DNA of 56,876 bases, from IMG/VR virus record IMGVR_UViG_3300025890_002227, positions 1 to 56,876 of that record; one strand, written 5' to 3'. The translations under genes were made by a program, and so were the position numbers. Positions 1-9,594 of this stretch are shown one piece after another. Position 1 is the first letter of the stretch; each line of letters starts with the position of its first letter. The notes beneath the pieces were generated by a model, which did no database searches, had not been told where the DNA came from, and saw nothing but the letters and a program-made list of their open reading frames with translations. This stretch comes from a virus (Duplodnaviria; Caudoviricetes).

Positions 1-46
1 AAGCGTCTACATACATATAATATATTATAACAGAAAACTTGTAATT

Positions 47-1162
47 TTACAAGTATTTTAACTTTCCTTCTACTATTTCTTTTGCAACAATATTTGTGGG
101 TTTATTTTGTATTTTACTTTGAGACAGTAAGTCGTATACTTTTGTGCTAATGTTCTCAAGTTTTTCTTTTACAAGTGGATGATCCCATTCAGTTTTGAGA
201 CTGGCCGTTATATCATGTGATATATTATATGAAGAACATACTTGTACTATTCCTCCACAGTTTGCCAAATAATCAGGAACATATAATATTTTGCGATCTT
301 TTAATATTTGTGATGCATCGCCGAGTAACTGATTGTTTGCTCCGCCGCATATTATTTTTGCTCTTGTCTCGCTCGCAAATTGTTCAGTGATCATACCGCC
401 TGTAGCACAAGGAGCATATATATCAACTGGAAGTTGGTTAATTTCTTCTATACTATCACACCATTGCAGACGAGACGGACTCATGCCATTAAATTTCAAT
501 TTATTGAAACGCTCTTTTGCTTTATCATAGTTCTGCTTGTCAATGTCGTACGCATAAACTGTAAGGCCAGGTTGCAGTGATGTTAGAAAGTGCGCTAAAC
601 GACTTCCTACCTTTCCTAAACCAATTATTGCTACAGATCGGTTCAATAATGCATATTCAGCGGTTGTGGCGTTCTTGCGACCAGCGTAGTAGTCAAATGC
701 TCCAGTTATTGAATTATATACTCCATAAGCAGTTGCCCATCCTGAGTCTTTACCACGATAACCTAAAGCATATTGGGTATGCTTATGTAACTCTAACAAG
801 TCATCTTGCGTAGTTCCTATGTCGCCAGCAGTATAGTAAATGCCGTTTAAACGATCCAATGCTTCAGCAAATGATTTCCAAAACTCCGGACTTTTTTTAC
901 CTGCTCTTGAATTAATGGTGGTTTTTCCGCCACCATAATGTAATCCTGCAAGTGTATTTTTATACGTCATTTGCTTCGATAAACGCAACGCATCGTAGCG
1001 TTGTTCATCAAAGTCTTTATATTCCATATAACGGCAACCGCCGATAGCAGGACCTAACTGTGTGCTGTGAATGGCTATACATGCATCTAATCCGGTAGTG
1101 GAGTCAGTAGCACGTACTACTCGTTCGTATCCGCCAATTGCGTAGTCAGTTAATTTAATCAC
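47..1162 (-). CDS. ldh: Leu/Phe/Val (ELFV family) amino-acid dehydrogenase
   Basis: IAIHST.LGPAIGGCR, MTYK, GGGK catalytic Lys motif, GLGKVG Rossmann loop, PCATGG, GGANNQL, YVPDYLANCGG. Confidence 0.92.
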   Translation of the reverse strand: MIKLTDYAIGGYERVVRATDSTTGLDACIAIHSTQLGPAIGGCRYMEYKDFDEQRYDALRLSKQMTYKNTLAGLHYGGGKTTINSRAGKKSPEFWKSFAEALDRLNGIYYTAGDIGTTQDDLLELHKHTQYALGYRGKDSGWATAYGVYNSITGAFDYYAGRKNATTAEYALLNRSVAIIGLGKVGSRLAHFLTSLQPGLTVYAYDIDKQNYDKAKERFNKLKFNGMSPSRLQWCDSIEEINQLPVDIYAPCATGGMITEQFASETRAKIICGGANNQLLGDASQILKDRKILYVPDYLANCGGIVQVCSSYNISHDITASLKTEWDHPLVKEKLENISTKVYDLLSQSKIQNKPTNIVAKEIVEGKLKYL

Positions 1163-1183
1163 TAGATAACCCTAGGGTTACGT

Positions 1184-1444
1184 TTAGAGTGTTTTACCAA
1201 CCGACTCTAAGATGCCTTCTAATTCACCAATATCAGTAAGTTGTTCTTGCCAGTTAGATTTATATGCTGTACGAATCGCTTTGTTTAATACAGATGGCTT
1301 TACGCTCATTTCTTCTGCGATTGCTTTTACTGTATCTCTCAAACCTTCTTTAAGATCGTCTACCTCTTGCATTACACGAGTTCCCTCGTTGACTAGTTGT
1401 GATAAACGTGCTTTTTCTTCGGGTGTGTAAACTCCTCCTGCCAT
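1184..1444 (-). CDS. T4 DsbA-like / GapR-like small dsDNA-binding protein
   Basis: 86 aa helical protein, pattern L..LV.EG...M.EVDDLKE.L.D.VKAIAEE..VKP..LNKAIR.AYK resembles phage DsbA. Confidence 0.65.
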   Translation of the reverse strand: MAGGVYTPEEKARLSQLVNEGTRVMQEVDDLKEGLRDTVKAIAEEMSVKPSVLNKAIRTAYKSNWQEQLTDIGELEGILESVGKTL

Positions 1445-1445
1445 T

Positions 1446-1589
1446 TTATGCCTCCGCCTTTTTGGTTGTTTTCTTTGCAGTCTTTTTTGCTACTTTCTTA
1501 GTAGTTTTTTCTTTTGCTGGTTTGGTTTCTTTTAATAAACTAGCAATTGATTTTTCAATTTTAGCAAGCCGATCATGGACTGCCATCAT
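1446..1589 (-). CDS. Small Lys/Ala/Thr-rich histone-H1-like basic protein (47 aa, below ORF-track cutoff)
   Basis: Hand translation MMAVHDRLAKIEKSIASLLKETKPAKEKTTKKVAKKTAKKTTKKAEA fills the gap between two same-strand genes. Confidence 0.75.
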   Translation of the reverse strand: MMAVHDRLAKIEKSIASLLKETKPAKEKTTKKVAKKTAKKTTKKAEA

Positions 1590-1596
1590 TTCTCTT

Positions 1597-2331
1597 TTAA
1601 GATTCATCGAGTTTTTCCTTTTTTATTATGTGACTAATACCGTTTACATCTATGTATATTCCGCTTGTAAGTTTTATGTTTTTATTATCACCACTAAACT
1701 TACCTATTTCCTTCTCACCGCTTGGAAAATGTTTGGTTCCTTCTTCAAATAATCCATCAGTAAATTCACCGTCTAAGAGAGTCTCTCTAGTCAATTCGTC
1801 AAACATAATCATTTTTCCATATCCGTTAATAACATCGTTTTCGAATTGTCCCTCGTATATTGTTCCGTCTAACATTTCATATACGTATACGCCGTTTTTT
1901 GGCTCTGGTTCTACTGGATGTATTTCTATCCATCCATCTTCTTTGTGGAAAATTGAAATTATGTCGTTTGCGTCTACTGTAAAAAACCATTCAGCATTGC
2001 TTCCTATCTCGGTGGACATAATCGCGTGGGAAAAATTATTTTGTAGTATTTCGGTTATATTCTTAGTAACGCCACTTACAATATATTGAGTCCGGCCATC
2101 TTTTGCTAGTATTTTTGAATTATTTAAATGTATTTCTTTTACTCCAAGAGTTTTTTGATCAGAACAGGAAATACTTACGTAGCTTTTATCGTCACCGTCG
2201 ATTTGCAAACCCTTATAACAAAGTGTTTCTTCGTCATCTTGTAAAACTCCATAGTCTATAATTTTACCATTGAGTTTAATCTTATACCAAGTATTAGAGT
2301 TGGGTTCTTGTTGTAATTTTATTTTTAACAT
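1597..2331 (-). CDS. Hypothetical protein with C-terminal MORN repeats
   Basis: DGTIYEGQFENDVINGYGKM, LDGEFTDGLFEEG, EIGKFSG MORN-like repeats; N-terminal beta-rich domain. Confidence 0.7.
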   Translation of the reverse strand: MLKIKLQQEPNSNTWYKIKLNGKIIDYGVLQDDEETLCYKGLQIDGDDKSYVSISCSDQKTLGVKEIHLNNSKILAKDGRTQYIVSGVTKNITEILQNNFSHAIMSTEIGSNAEWFFTVDANDIISIFHKEDGWIEIHPVEPEPKNGVYVYEMLDGTIYEGQFENDVINGYGKMIMFDELTRETLLDGEFTDGLFEEGTKHFPSGEKEIGKFSGDNKNIKLTSGIYIDVNGISHIIKKEKLDES

Positions 2332-2636
2332 TATATTTCAAACACCGCCTCGTAGTAAATATCATCAGATGACTTAAACGGTATATGAACATCATTTGCT
2401 GTAATAGCGTGTAATTGTATTTCTGCTAGAGCCACTTTAATATTTTCTATAACTAGATTGTGTTTTCCCTGCTCTAAGTTCACCTGAACCTTCTCGTCTA
2501 AGTAATTTCCATCTTGTTTTTTAGGCGTTACGGCTCTTTCACTAATAAGCAGACCGTCTAACCAGATACGAACAACTGGGGGTTTAAAATCCCATTCGCT
2601 ATCGATATAAAAGTGTAGTTCTGTAAGTTCTGACAT
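2331..2636 (-). CDS. Hypothetical beta-sandwich protein (phage paralog family)
   Basis: PPVVRIWLDG..., VNLEQGKHNLVIEN; consensus promoter upstream. Confidence 0.7.
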   Translation of the reverse strand: MSELTELHFYIDSEWDFKPPVVRIWLDGLLISERAVTPKKQDGNYLDEKVQVNLEQGKHNLVIENIKVALAEIQLHAITANDVHIPFKSSDDIYYEAVFEI

Positions 2637-2647
2637 ATAATGTATAT

Positions 2648-2676
2648 ATTATATATTCGAATTTGTTTTTTGTCAA
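2648..2676 (-). promoter_or_regulatory. Consensus sigma70 promoter TTGACA-17-TATAAT
   Basis: Minus-strand TTGACA (2676-2671), 17 nt spacer, TATAAT (2653-2648), ATG at 2636. Confidence 0.8.
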
Positions 2677-2679
2677 TGG

Positions 2680-3279
2680 TTATCTGGCATTTAATGCGGG
2701 AATGGCAATCTTTTCGATCCATGCGTCTCTGTCCATATCATGACTGCCTGGAGTGCCTAAACTATCAAAATCTACAGCATCAACAATACGATCTGCGTTT
2801 ATGTTTGAGACGCTTTTTAGGGCTCTGCCTTTTAGTGTTGCTCGCATAATAGGATCTTGTGCTGGATCTTCGTCCCATATTGTATTGTCCGGATCTATAG
2901 TAAGTCTTACAATAGATATTGGTGTTTGTTTATGGTCAAAACGCATCTTACTTGCCCAGTTAATAGCATCTTCTGGATTGTCAAATGCAAATACGCCGGC
3001 ATCTTCGTTATAACGTGAACCGCCTGGACCTTTTACCCAGTTACTTGGATGGAACTGCTCTAAACCTTTCTTTTTAATGTTGTCTACATTCTTTGTGAAA
3101 GTAACGTGAAAAAGAAAGTCTGGTAAGTCTGATAATCCTTCGTAAATATCTTTAACATACTCGGTATAAGATAGACTAGGCTGATAACCAATCTTATATT
3201 TGTTTCCGCCTTTATGCTTCTTAGTGCCACTGTTATGGTTTTTAAGCAAAGAAGAACCGACGACTTGACTCATTTTCAT
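2680..3279 (-). CDS. Putative ADP-ribosyltransferase-fold protein (H-x-T...I...GL class); start likely ATG 3279
   Basis: LFHVT...VDNIKKKGL and GVFAF.NP.DA.NWA motifs typical of Tpt1/PARP-like ART folds; TATAAATA 5 nt before ATG 3279. Confidence 0.55.
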   Translation of the reverse strand: MKMSQVVGSSLLKNHNSGTKKHKGGNKYKIGYQPSLSYTEYVKDIYEGLSDLPDFLFHVTFTKNVDNIKKKGLEQFHPSNWVKGPGGSRYNEDAGVFAFDNPEDAINWASKMRFDHKQTPISIVRLTIDPDNTIWDEDPAQDPIMRATLKGRALKSVSNINADRIVDAVDFDSLGTPGSHDMDRDAWIEKIAIPALNAR

Positions 3280-3304
3280 ATTAGTATTTATACTCATAAT
3301 ACTA

Positions 3305-3333
3305 TTGACTTATTTTACGATAGCATATATAAT
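3305..3333 (+). promoter_or_regulatory. sigma70 promoter TTGACT-17-TATAAT for leaderless guaC
   Basis: TTGACT 3305-3310, TATAAT 3328-3333, ATG 3341 seven nt downstream, no SD. Confidence 0.75.
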
Positions 3334-3340
3334 ATATGTT

Positions 3341-4456
3341 ATGAGAATTGAAACAGATGTTAAGTTAGATTTTAAAGATGTGCTTATTCGTCCCAAGCGT
3401 TCAACGCTAGGATCCCGCAAAGAAGTAAGTTTAAACAGAGAGTTTAGATACAGAAACAGTGATTGGAGGTATAGTACTATTCCAATTATGGCATCCAATA
3501 TGGATGGCGTTGGTACGTTTACTATGGCCGACAAACTTACAGAGTTAAACTTGTTTACGTGTCTTGTAAAAACTTATAATACAAAAGAACTTATTGATTA
3601 CTTTAAAGACGCACATTATAAAAAACTTAATACTGTAGCGATGAGTATTGGAATTACGGATAGTGATTTTGAAAAGTGGCGTGAAGTTAGAAAAAATACA
3701 GAAGTGCGTTATGTGTGCATTGACGTAGCAAACGGATATTCAGAACGCTTTAGTGAGTTTGTAAAGAAGTTTCGAGATGAATATCCACGCACAACAATTA
3801 TTGCCGGCAACGTAGTGACCGGAGAAATGACAGAGGAGTTAATATTAAATGGAGCGGATATCGTTAAAGTTGGAATCGGTCCTGGTAGCGTATGTACTAC
3901 TAGGCTCCAAACTGGGGTTGGCTATCCTCAGTTGTCTGCTGTTATTGAATGTGCAGACGCGGCTCATGGGCTTGGTGGGCATATTATTGCTGATGGGGGA
4001 TGTACTAACCCTGGTGATATTGCGAAGGCGTTCGCAGGAGGTGCTGACTTTGTGATGCTTGGTGGTATGCTTGCTGGACACGATGAAGGAGAAGGCAATA
4101 TTATTACCAAGCAATACGCAACGAATGAACTCTCTAGTAAGAGCAGGCTGGTAGGCAGTCAATCGTTCGTAACAGAAGAAAAAAAGTTTGTACAGTTTTA
4201 TGGTATGAGTAGCACTGCCGCTAATAAAAAACACTTTGGTGGATTAAAAGAATACAGATCTTCTGAAGGAAGGGAAGTACTAGTTCCGTATCGTGGTGCG
4301 GTTGCTAATACAATTCAAGATATTTTAGGTGGAGTGAGAAGTACATGTACTTACGCTGGTGCTAACAAACTTAAACAGTTATCTAAATGTACCACCTTTG
4401 TACGTTGCACACAAACACATAACGGAATATACGAAAAGAATACTATTGGCAATTAA
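3341..4456 (+). CDS. guaC: GMP reductase
   Basis: [25 protein letters not shown]-terminus, [43 protein letters not shown]; start reassigned to ATG 3341. Confidence 0.96.
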   Translation: MRIETDVKLDFKDVLIRPKRSTLGSRKEVSLNREFRYRNSDWRYSTIPIMASNMDGVGTFTMADKLTELNLFTCLVKTYNTKELIDYFKDAHYKKLNTVAMSIGITDSDFEKWREVRKNTEVRYVCIDVANGYSERFSEFVKKFRDEYPRTTIIAGNVVTGEMTEELILNGADIVKVGIGPGSVCTTRLQTGVGYPQLSAVIECADAAHGLGGHIIADGGCTNPGDIAKAFAGGADFVMLGGMLAGHDEGEGNIITKQYATNELSSKSRLVGSQSFVTEEKKFVQFYGMSSTAANKKHFGGLKEYRSSEGREVLVPYRGAVANTIQDILGGVRSTCTYAGANKLKQLSKCTTFVRCTQTHNGIYEKNTIGN

Positions 4457-5319
4457 GCAAGATCATTGCCAAAAATATTATCTGTGATCCACCCATAGAG
4501 TGGAGTTTTAAATACTAGTTTCCATTTACCATTTTGGCTTAAACAAGAACTATTTGGTATATGATGAATTAATCTGCTTTTATGAATGTGTTCCGACACA
4601 TTTTCTATTACTACATTATCAACACCGTTGTATGTAAATTTAGGAATATAAATCTCACCTTCTACATAAAGATTTTTATTGTTTGCATGTTTGGCTATAA
4701 AATAAAGATTATCAGTAGTATCGTAATATAACTTATTGCCTTTAATAACATAACCATCATCAGTTATTAAACAACCGTTGAATTCAGTATATTCTTCTGT
4801 CTCGTTATTAAACACCTTAGGATTATTGCCCACTACTTTATCATGTCTGTAATTTAAAAGTCTATAGTTTTTATTGTTATTATTAACTTCATACGGGAAT
4901 ATATCCACAGAGAAATTATCATTGTTTAATTGTTCAAAGATATAATTGATATTTTGCGTACAATCTAAATATGTATGCCCTCTACGATGTATTAAATCGC
5001 AGACATCCACTTCACATAAACTAACATAGTCTATATCAATACCAAATGGTCCCTCATCATAATCACTCGAGTAATCAGCACCAAGGTGTTCGATAACCAA
5101 AGTATATTCATTTTCTGTAGTATCTTCTATATCAACAGTTGACTTAAAATGATAACCTTCTTCTGGAATTCCAGTTTGAACATCATGTTCGATAAGAGTG
5201 TTATACATCATATCGCCATTTGGTATATTACCGTAGCGATCAATGATGTAAAATTTCCAGGTTGGAATTTTTTTAGAAGTGCAATTGTAAGTTACACCAA
5301 TCGACAATGTGAATGGCAT
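4453..5319 (-). CDS. Hypothetical protein, paralog family (C-terminal FKTPLYGWI)
   Basis: Shares IDIDYVSL and C-terminal F.TP.Y.W motif with 5321-5914 and 47811-48377. Confidence 0.7.
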   Translation of the reverse strand: MPFTLSIGVTYNCTSKKIPTWKFYIIDRYGNIPNGDMMYNTLIEHDVQTGIPEEGYHFKSTVDIEDTTENEYTLVIEHLGADYSSDYDEGPFGIDIDYVSLCEVDVCDLIHRRGHTYLDCTQNINYIFEQLNNDNFSVDIFPYEVNNNNKNYRLLNYRHDKVVGNNPKVFNNETEEYTEFNGCLITDDGYVIKGNKLYYDTTDNLYFIAKHANNKNLYVEGEIYIPKFTYNGVDNVVIENVSEHIHKSRLIHHIPNSSCLSQNGKWKLVFKTPLYGWITDNIFGNDLA

Positions 5320-5320
5320 G

Positions 5321-5914
5321 TTATTGTAAAAGTTCTTCTAAAAGCCAAAGATAAAACGGACATTTAAATTCAATACTATAATTACTTTTATGAACATTTA
5401 AATATGTGGTAGACGAAGTCCATATACATTTTCCGTCTATTACAGCAATCTCATTCATCATATCATTATTTCTAAGATATTCTATAAATCCGTGTGTTTC
5501 TATTTCAGATTCAGGACATATTTCTGCTACTGTTACGCCGTTATCCCACAATACGGATTCAATTGAAATTTCATCAATTTCAATGTCGACAATATAAAAA
5601 CCATAATCTTCCTTGCCGCCAGTAAAACGATTAGTTTTAAGTAGATCCCAAACATCTTGCATGTCAGACTCGTATATAACTTTTATAGTATGGATGTCTT
5701 CCTTATCATCGTCTACTTCGATGTCATATTCTTTAATGGATATCTTTTTTCCGTCTTGCCAGACTGTTGTGTGATTTGAAGGATTGTCTAATTCAACGTT
5801 TTCTTCTAATACCGTGTCGTTTAGCATTATAGTGCAACGCGGAAATGGTAAATTTCCGTTTAAATCGTCAGTTAGTTTGAAGTATATTTTAAGTGGGATT
5901 GTTTCTAAACTCAT
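5321..5914 (-). CDS. Hypothetical protein, paralog of 47811-48377
   Basis: Aligns by eye: PRCT, ELDNPSN, WQ.G.K.S.KEY, ICPESE, GFI.YLR, F..P.Y.WL. Confidence 0.8.
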   Translation of the reverse strand: MSLETIPLKIYFKLTDDLNGNLPFPRCTIMLNDTVLEENVELDNPSNHTTVWQDGKKISIKEYDIEVDDDKEDIHTIKVIYESDMQDVWDLLKTNRFTGGKEDYGFYIVDIEIDEISIESVLWDNGVTVAEICPESEIETHGFIEYLRNNDMMNEIAVIDGKCIWTSSTTYLNVHKSNYSIEFKCPFYLWLLEELLQ

Positions 5915-5964
5915 TGTATTATATGTGTTATTGATTATTTATGAGTATACGGATATGTACTCAA

Positions 5965-5998
5965 AAAAAAAGACATAGCTTGTGACTATGTCTTTTTT
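5965..5998. terminator. Rho-independent (bidirectional) terminator
   Basis: aaaaaagacatag-loop-ctatgtctttttt inverted repeat with A/T tracts on both sides. Confidence 0.7.
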
Positions 5999-6016
5999 GT
6001 GGTATAAAATTATTAA

Positions 6017-6559
6017 TTATTCACCAATGCCTAGACCATCATACCATTCGTTAAAGTTGCCTGCGTATGCAAGAACAACAACACTACCTAGTTTTACTAG
6101 TCCGCCATCTTCCCATGGATTTGCTGTGTAATATTGCTGTGAACCACCGCCAATATTCAAATCTGTAGTAACAGTTCCGGAACTTGTAGTTGTGCCGTCA
6201 GCAATGTTAGCTGCCGCAGCTGCTGTTAAAGGATTATATATTGTAACAGCATGACTTAAAAAATCATTAGTTTCATCATGTGAAACGTCGTCAACAATAA
6301 TATTTTCAAGTTCTCCGTCTGGATTTAAATTCTCATCTTCGCCGCCAGAGTGGCAAATTTCGAATTTAATTGTGTGTGGTCCTGAACCAGCACTGTCGTC
6401 ATTAATTGATGTTATTGCTACAGATAATGGATTTGAATCAGGTTGTACTTCATTTACACCCAACTCGCCTTGGATAAGAACGTCATCTTTGTATACTTTG
6501 ATGGCGTAATCTTCTGTAGAGGATTCATATTTTTTAAAATTAAAAGCAATCGTGCTCAT
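6017..6559 (-). CDS. Acidic hypothetical protein, possibly virion-associated
   Basis: 180 aa ORF with AGGA SD and upstream TAAATA; Gly/Thr-rich. Confidence 0.7.
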   Translation of the reverse strand: MSTIAFNFKKYESSTEDYAIKVYKDDVLIQGELGVNEVQPDSNPLSVAITSINDDSAGSGPHTIKFEICHSGGEDENLNPDGELENIIVDDVSHDETNDFLSHAVTIYNPLTAAAAANIADGTTTSSGTVTTDLNIGGGSQQYYTANPWEDGGLVKLGSVVVLAYAGNFNEWYDGLGIGE

Positions 6560-6623
6560 GATTATTTTCCTATTGTTTTCGCGAAAACCAATTCTGATTA
6601 AACTGGCTATAGGTAATATTTAT

Positions 6624-7286
6624 CTAAATCTTAGATAATAATGTATGGTCACCATTGAAATGCCAAAAACCAGTGTGTTGCAGATCTATAGACTTATCTA
6701 CCCATACTTTGAGACCTGCGTGTTGAACACTTCTGCAAAAACTATAGTCTTCTGTTAAATATTGACCTGTTTCATCCACAGTACAGTTAAAAAAGTCGTA
6801 TTGAAAGCTTGTTTCGTCGCCTAATCCAATGTCATCATGATACTTAGTAGCACCTGCTTCGATTAATTTCTCAAATACTTGGCGTTTAATAAGCATAAAT
6901 CCAGTGCCGGCACTATCTGCTTCTACTAAATCGTCTCTACGCTCGCCATTCTTTTTAACATTTACTACGTACTTGGGTGGAATAATCTTTTGCGGATATA
7001 CACCACACGCGACATCAACATCGTGTGTTACTAACTTAACCACATCCTCTGGTGCCCAGCCAATATCTGCGTCTACAAACATTAGATGACTGCCGTTACC
7101 CATAAGAAATTTAGCGGCGCAACTATTACGCCCACGATTAATATTGCTTTCGTTGCTTAAAGTGTCTATTTGGAATGCTAATTTATTCTGCATACCAAAC
7201 ACTGTCCACTTAATATAACTTTGGAAGCAAGACTCGCTTATTTGACCACCATAACAAGGCGTACAAAAGTGTATATTGATATTCAT
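6624..7286 (-). CDS. GT-A fold glycosyltransferase-like protein
   Basis: TPCYGG, SNINRGRN, HLMFVDADI (DxD), GTGFMLIKR.VFE, TEDY.FC. Confidence 0.8.
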   Translation of the reverse strand: MNINIHFCTPCYGGQISESCFQSYIKWTVFGMQNKLAFQIDTLSNESNINRGRNSCAAKFLMGNGSHLMFVDADIGWAPEDVVKLVTHDVDVACGVYPQKIIPPKYVVNVKKNGERRDDLVEADSAGTGFMLIKRQVFEKLIEAGATKYHDDIGLGDETSFQYDFFNCTVDETGQYLTEDYSFCRSVQHAGLKVWVDKSIDLQHTGFWHFNGDHTLLSKI

Positions 7287-8341
7287 ATTACATATAATTC
7301 CACATCAGGTGTTCTATTTAGTTTATAGCCATCTATGTTAATTGTCAATGTTTCTCCCAATACCATTTGACGCAATAGTAAACCCACAGCAGGACTATGC
7401 ATAAGCCCGCGCCCTGTAAATCCTGTAGCAAAGTATACATTATCAACATGGTCAATGATAGCATTATTGTCTATAGTGCTACTGTCATAATACCCTGCCC
7501 ATGCTCCGTCCATTTTAGCGGCGTCAAATACATTGGGAAATCTATGGTATAAGTGTGCCCATACATCGTCCCAACTATTATAGTCCGGATCTAAATCAAC
7601 ACCGTCCCAATCACCGTTGCCATCATAACCAACAATGTAACTATTACCCTCTGGGCGTAAGTATATGCCAGTAATAAGATCTGCTACTAGTGGCAGGTTT
7701 GGTATGTGTGGTGCTTGTGTGCTAACATTATACACTGTATGCTTGTGACCTTTGACCGGTATGTTAATGTTAAACGCATTGCCCACAGCATTACTCCAGC
7801 ATCCACTGGCGATTACAATAGCGTCTGCATCGTTATGATTAGCAGTTATGCCATCCTCAAAAACTACTTTAACGCCGTTTATTTGTGCTTCGCTACGAAA
7901 CCAATTGTGTAATGTTACTGGATCTACCCATCCTTCACTATCGTCTGTTGTAATACAACCTCTATATACATCATCTACATTTAACTGTGGAAATAACTTT
8001 AGCAGTTCGTTAGGTTCTAAACTTTGCGTATTAGCACCACAAGCGTTCTGCATCGCAATGCTTTTATCGTGATCGTCTCGTTGATTATCGTTAAACAACA
8101 TGAGATAACCATTGGGTGTAAAGCCTACGTTTGTTTGTGTCTTTATAAAGTCTATTGCGTAGCGGCTTAACTCTACGTTTGTTTGTGTGAAAAACTGATG
8201 TCGCAGTCCACCGCAACTTCTTGCAAAACTACTTTCACTATATTGTTTGTCTCGTTCAAATACTGTTACGCTTGCGTCTTTTGCTAAATGGTATGCTGTG
8301 CTCATACCTATTATGCCGCCGCCTATAACGTGTATGTTCAT
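7283..8341 (-). CDS. FAD-dependent oxidoreductase, DAO/sarcosine oxidase beta-like
   Basis: VIGGGIIGMS.AYHL Rossmann motif, RSCGG.R.QF, WAGYYD, ATGFTGRGLMHSPAVG. Confidence 0.9.
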   Translation of the reverse strand: MNIHVIGGGIIGMSTAYHLAKDASVTVFERDKQYSESSFARSCGGLRHQFFTQTNVELSRYAIDFIKTQTNVGFTPNGYLMLFNDNQRDDHDKSIAMQNACGANTQSLEPNELLKLFPQLNVDDVYRGCITTDDSEGWVDPVTLHNWFRSEAQINGVKVVFEDGITANHNDADAIVIASGCWSNAVGNAFNINIPVKGHKHTVYNVSTQAPHIPNLPLVADLITGIYLRPEGNSYIVGYDGNGDWDGVDLDPDYNSWDDVWAHLYHRFPNVFDAAKMDGAWAGYYDSSTIDNNAIIDHVDNVYFATGFTGRGLMHSPAVGLLLRQMVLGETLTINIDGYKLNRTPDVELYVI

Positions 8342-8610
8342 TTTAGTGTTATTTCTACAACGAGATCCTTGTCGCCCTTAATTATTCTATGATGGCGATT
8401 TTTGGGTATTACATAAAGGTTACCGTGCTCTAGCACAACAGGAAGTTGATTGTCTAACTGTAACTTCCAGTTAGATCCTTGTAATACACGAACTTCGCGT
8501 TCTTCACGATCACGATGCCAGCATAGTTCTTCGCTGTCTGTATCGTGTTTGAACGTTCTGTATATTGTGTATGGATTTGTATATTTTTGAGTGTATGGTT
8601 TTACCACCAC
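8338..8610 (-). CDS. Small cupin-fold protein
   Basis: WHRDRE.R ... IPK..HHRIIKG two-His cupin pattern. Confidence 0.7.
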   Translation of the reverse strand: MVVKPYTQKYTNPYTIYRTFKHDTDSEELCWHRDREEREVRVLQGSNWKLQLDNQLPVVLEHGNLYVIPKNRHHRIIKGDKDLVVEITLK

Positions 8611-9554
8611 TGTCCACCTTTAATACCTAGTGACTTATATCTTGGTAGTCTGCAACTCCAATAACTTGCTGTAGTTTTGTCGTTACGATTTTTGCAATCA
8701 TGTCTTGCTACAAAGTTACGAACGCGCTCAGGGTCGTCTGTTTTTACACTCATGCCCTTTGCACCAAAAGAAACTTTTTTAATATTGCCAGTCTTTGGAT
8801 TTTTAACGTATACATAAAACTTTTTAGAACCACCTCTTTTTGGCTTATTAAGTTCTACATTTTTACCGCGATAATCTGCTTCACTTAGTGATTTATTCTT
8901 TTCATAGCAATCACAATGTTCGCAGTCTGGCCCACATTCACATTCTGTTACAGGTTTTCCGCAACATGCTTTTGGACACATTTCAACACCTTCTTGAACA
9001 GACTCCATAGCATTACCTGCTTCTAGTTCTGCTCTCCAGTTTTCTTCAAACTCTTTAGCGGCGTCTTTGCGATCTTGTACGCTAAACGCATAACCAAATT
9101 CTTGTGCGTAGTTTTTAGCGGCGCGTGTTGCGTGGTACAACCATAACTTAGCGGCAAGTTCGGAATCATATACACCCTTTCTCCACTTGCGTGTTAGATT
9201 CTTCATGATTGGAACTGCGCTTTGCTGATATAGGTCACCGTCGTTGTCTGCGTAAAGGACTAGTTCGCGAACTGCGTCTGCATCTTCTTCTGCGATTTCA
9301 ATAGGAACATCTAACGAAAAAGTTTCACCTTCTACAACAATACATTGGCCAATGTCGGACTCTAATAGTTCTTGGTCTTGCCAATCAAGTTCAATTTTGC
9401 CTTCATTATATAACTGTCTTACTTGGCTGTAAAACTCTGTAAATGCTTTTGACCCTGGACGAAACAGACATTCCGTAAATGGAATACCGCGTTCAATATG
9501 TTCTTGTATTGTTTTACTTACTGTGGAATGTAGTGAAAATTCTTTTATTCGCAT
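8601..9554 (-). CDS. Multi-domain phage protein with Cys-rich insert
   Basis: C-terminal conserved phage domain (KKFYVYVKNPKTG.IKKVSFG..F.ARH.C...YWSC); internal CPKACCGKPVTECECGPDCEHCDC. Confidence 0.75.
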   Translation of the reverse strand: MRIKEFSLHSTVSKTIQEHIERGIPFTECLFRPGSKAFTEFYSQVRQLYNEGKIELDWQDQELLESDIGQCIVVEGETFSLDVPIEIAEEDADAVRELVLYADNDGDLYQQSAVPIMKNLTRKWRKGVYDSELAAKLWLYHATRAAKNYAQEFGYAFSVQDRKDAAKEFEENWRAELEAGNAMESVQEGVEMCPKACCGKPVTECECGPDCEHCDCYEKNKSLSEADYRGKNVELNKPKRGGSKKFYVYVKNPKTGNIKKVSFGAKGMSVKTDDPERVRNFVARHDCKNRNDKTTASYWSCRLPRYKSLGIKGGQWW

Positions 9555-9594
9555 GGCATAAATCCTTTTATGTATTTATGCTTCTATATAAATT

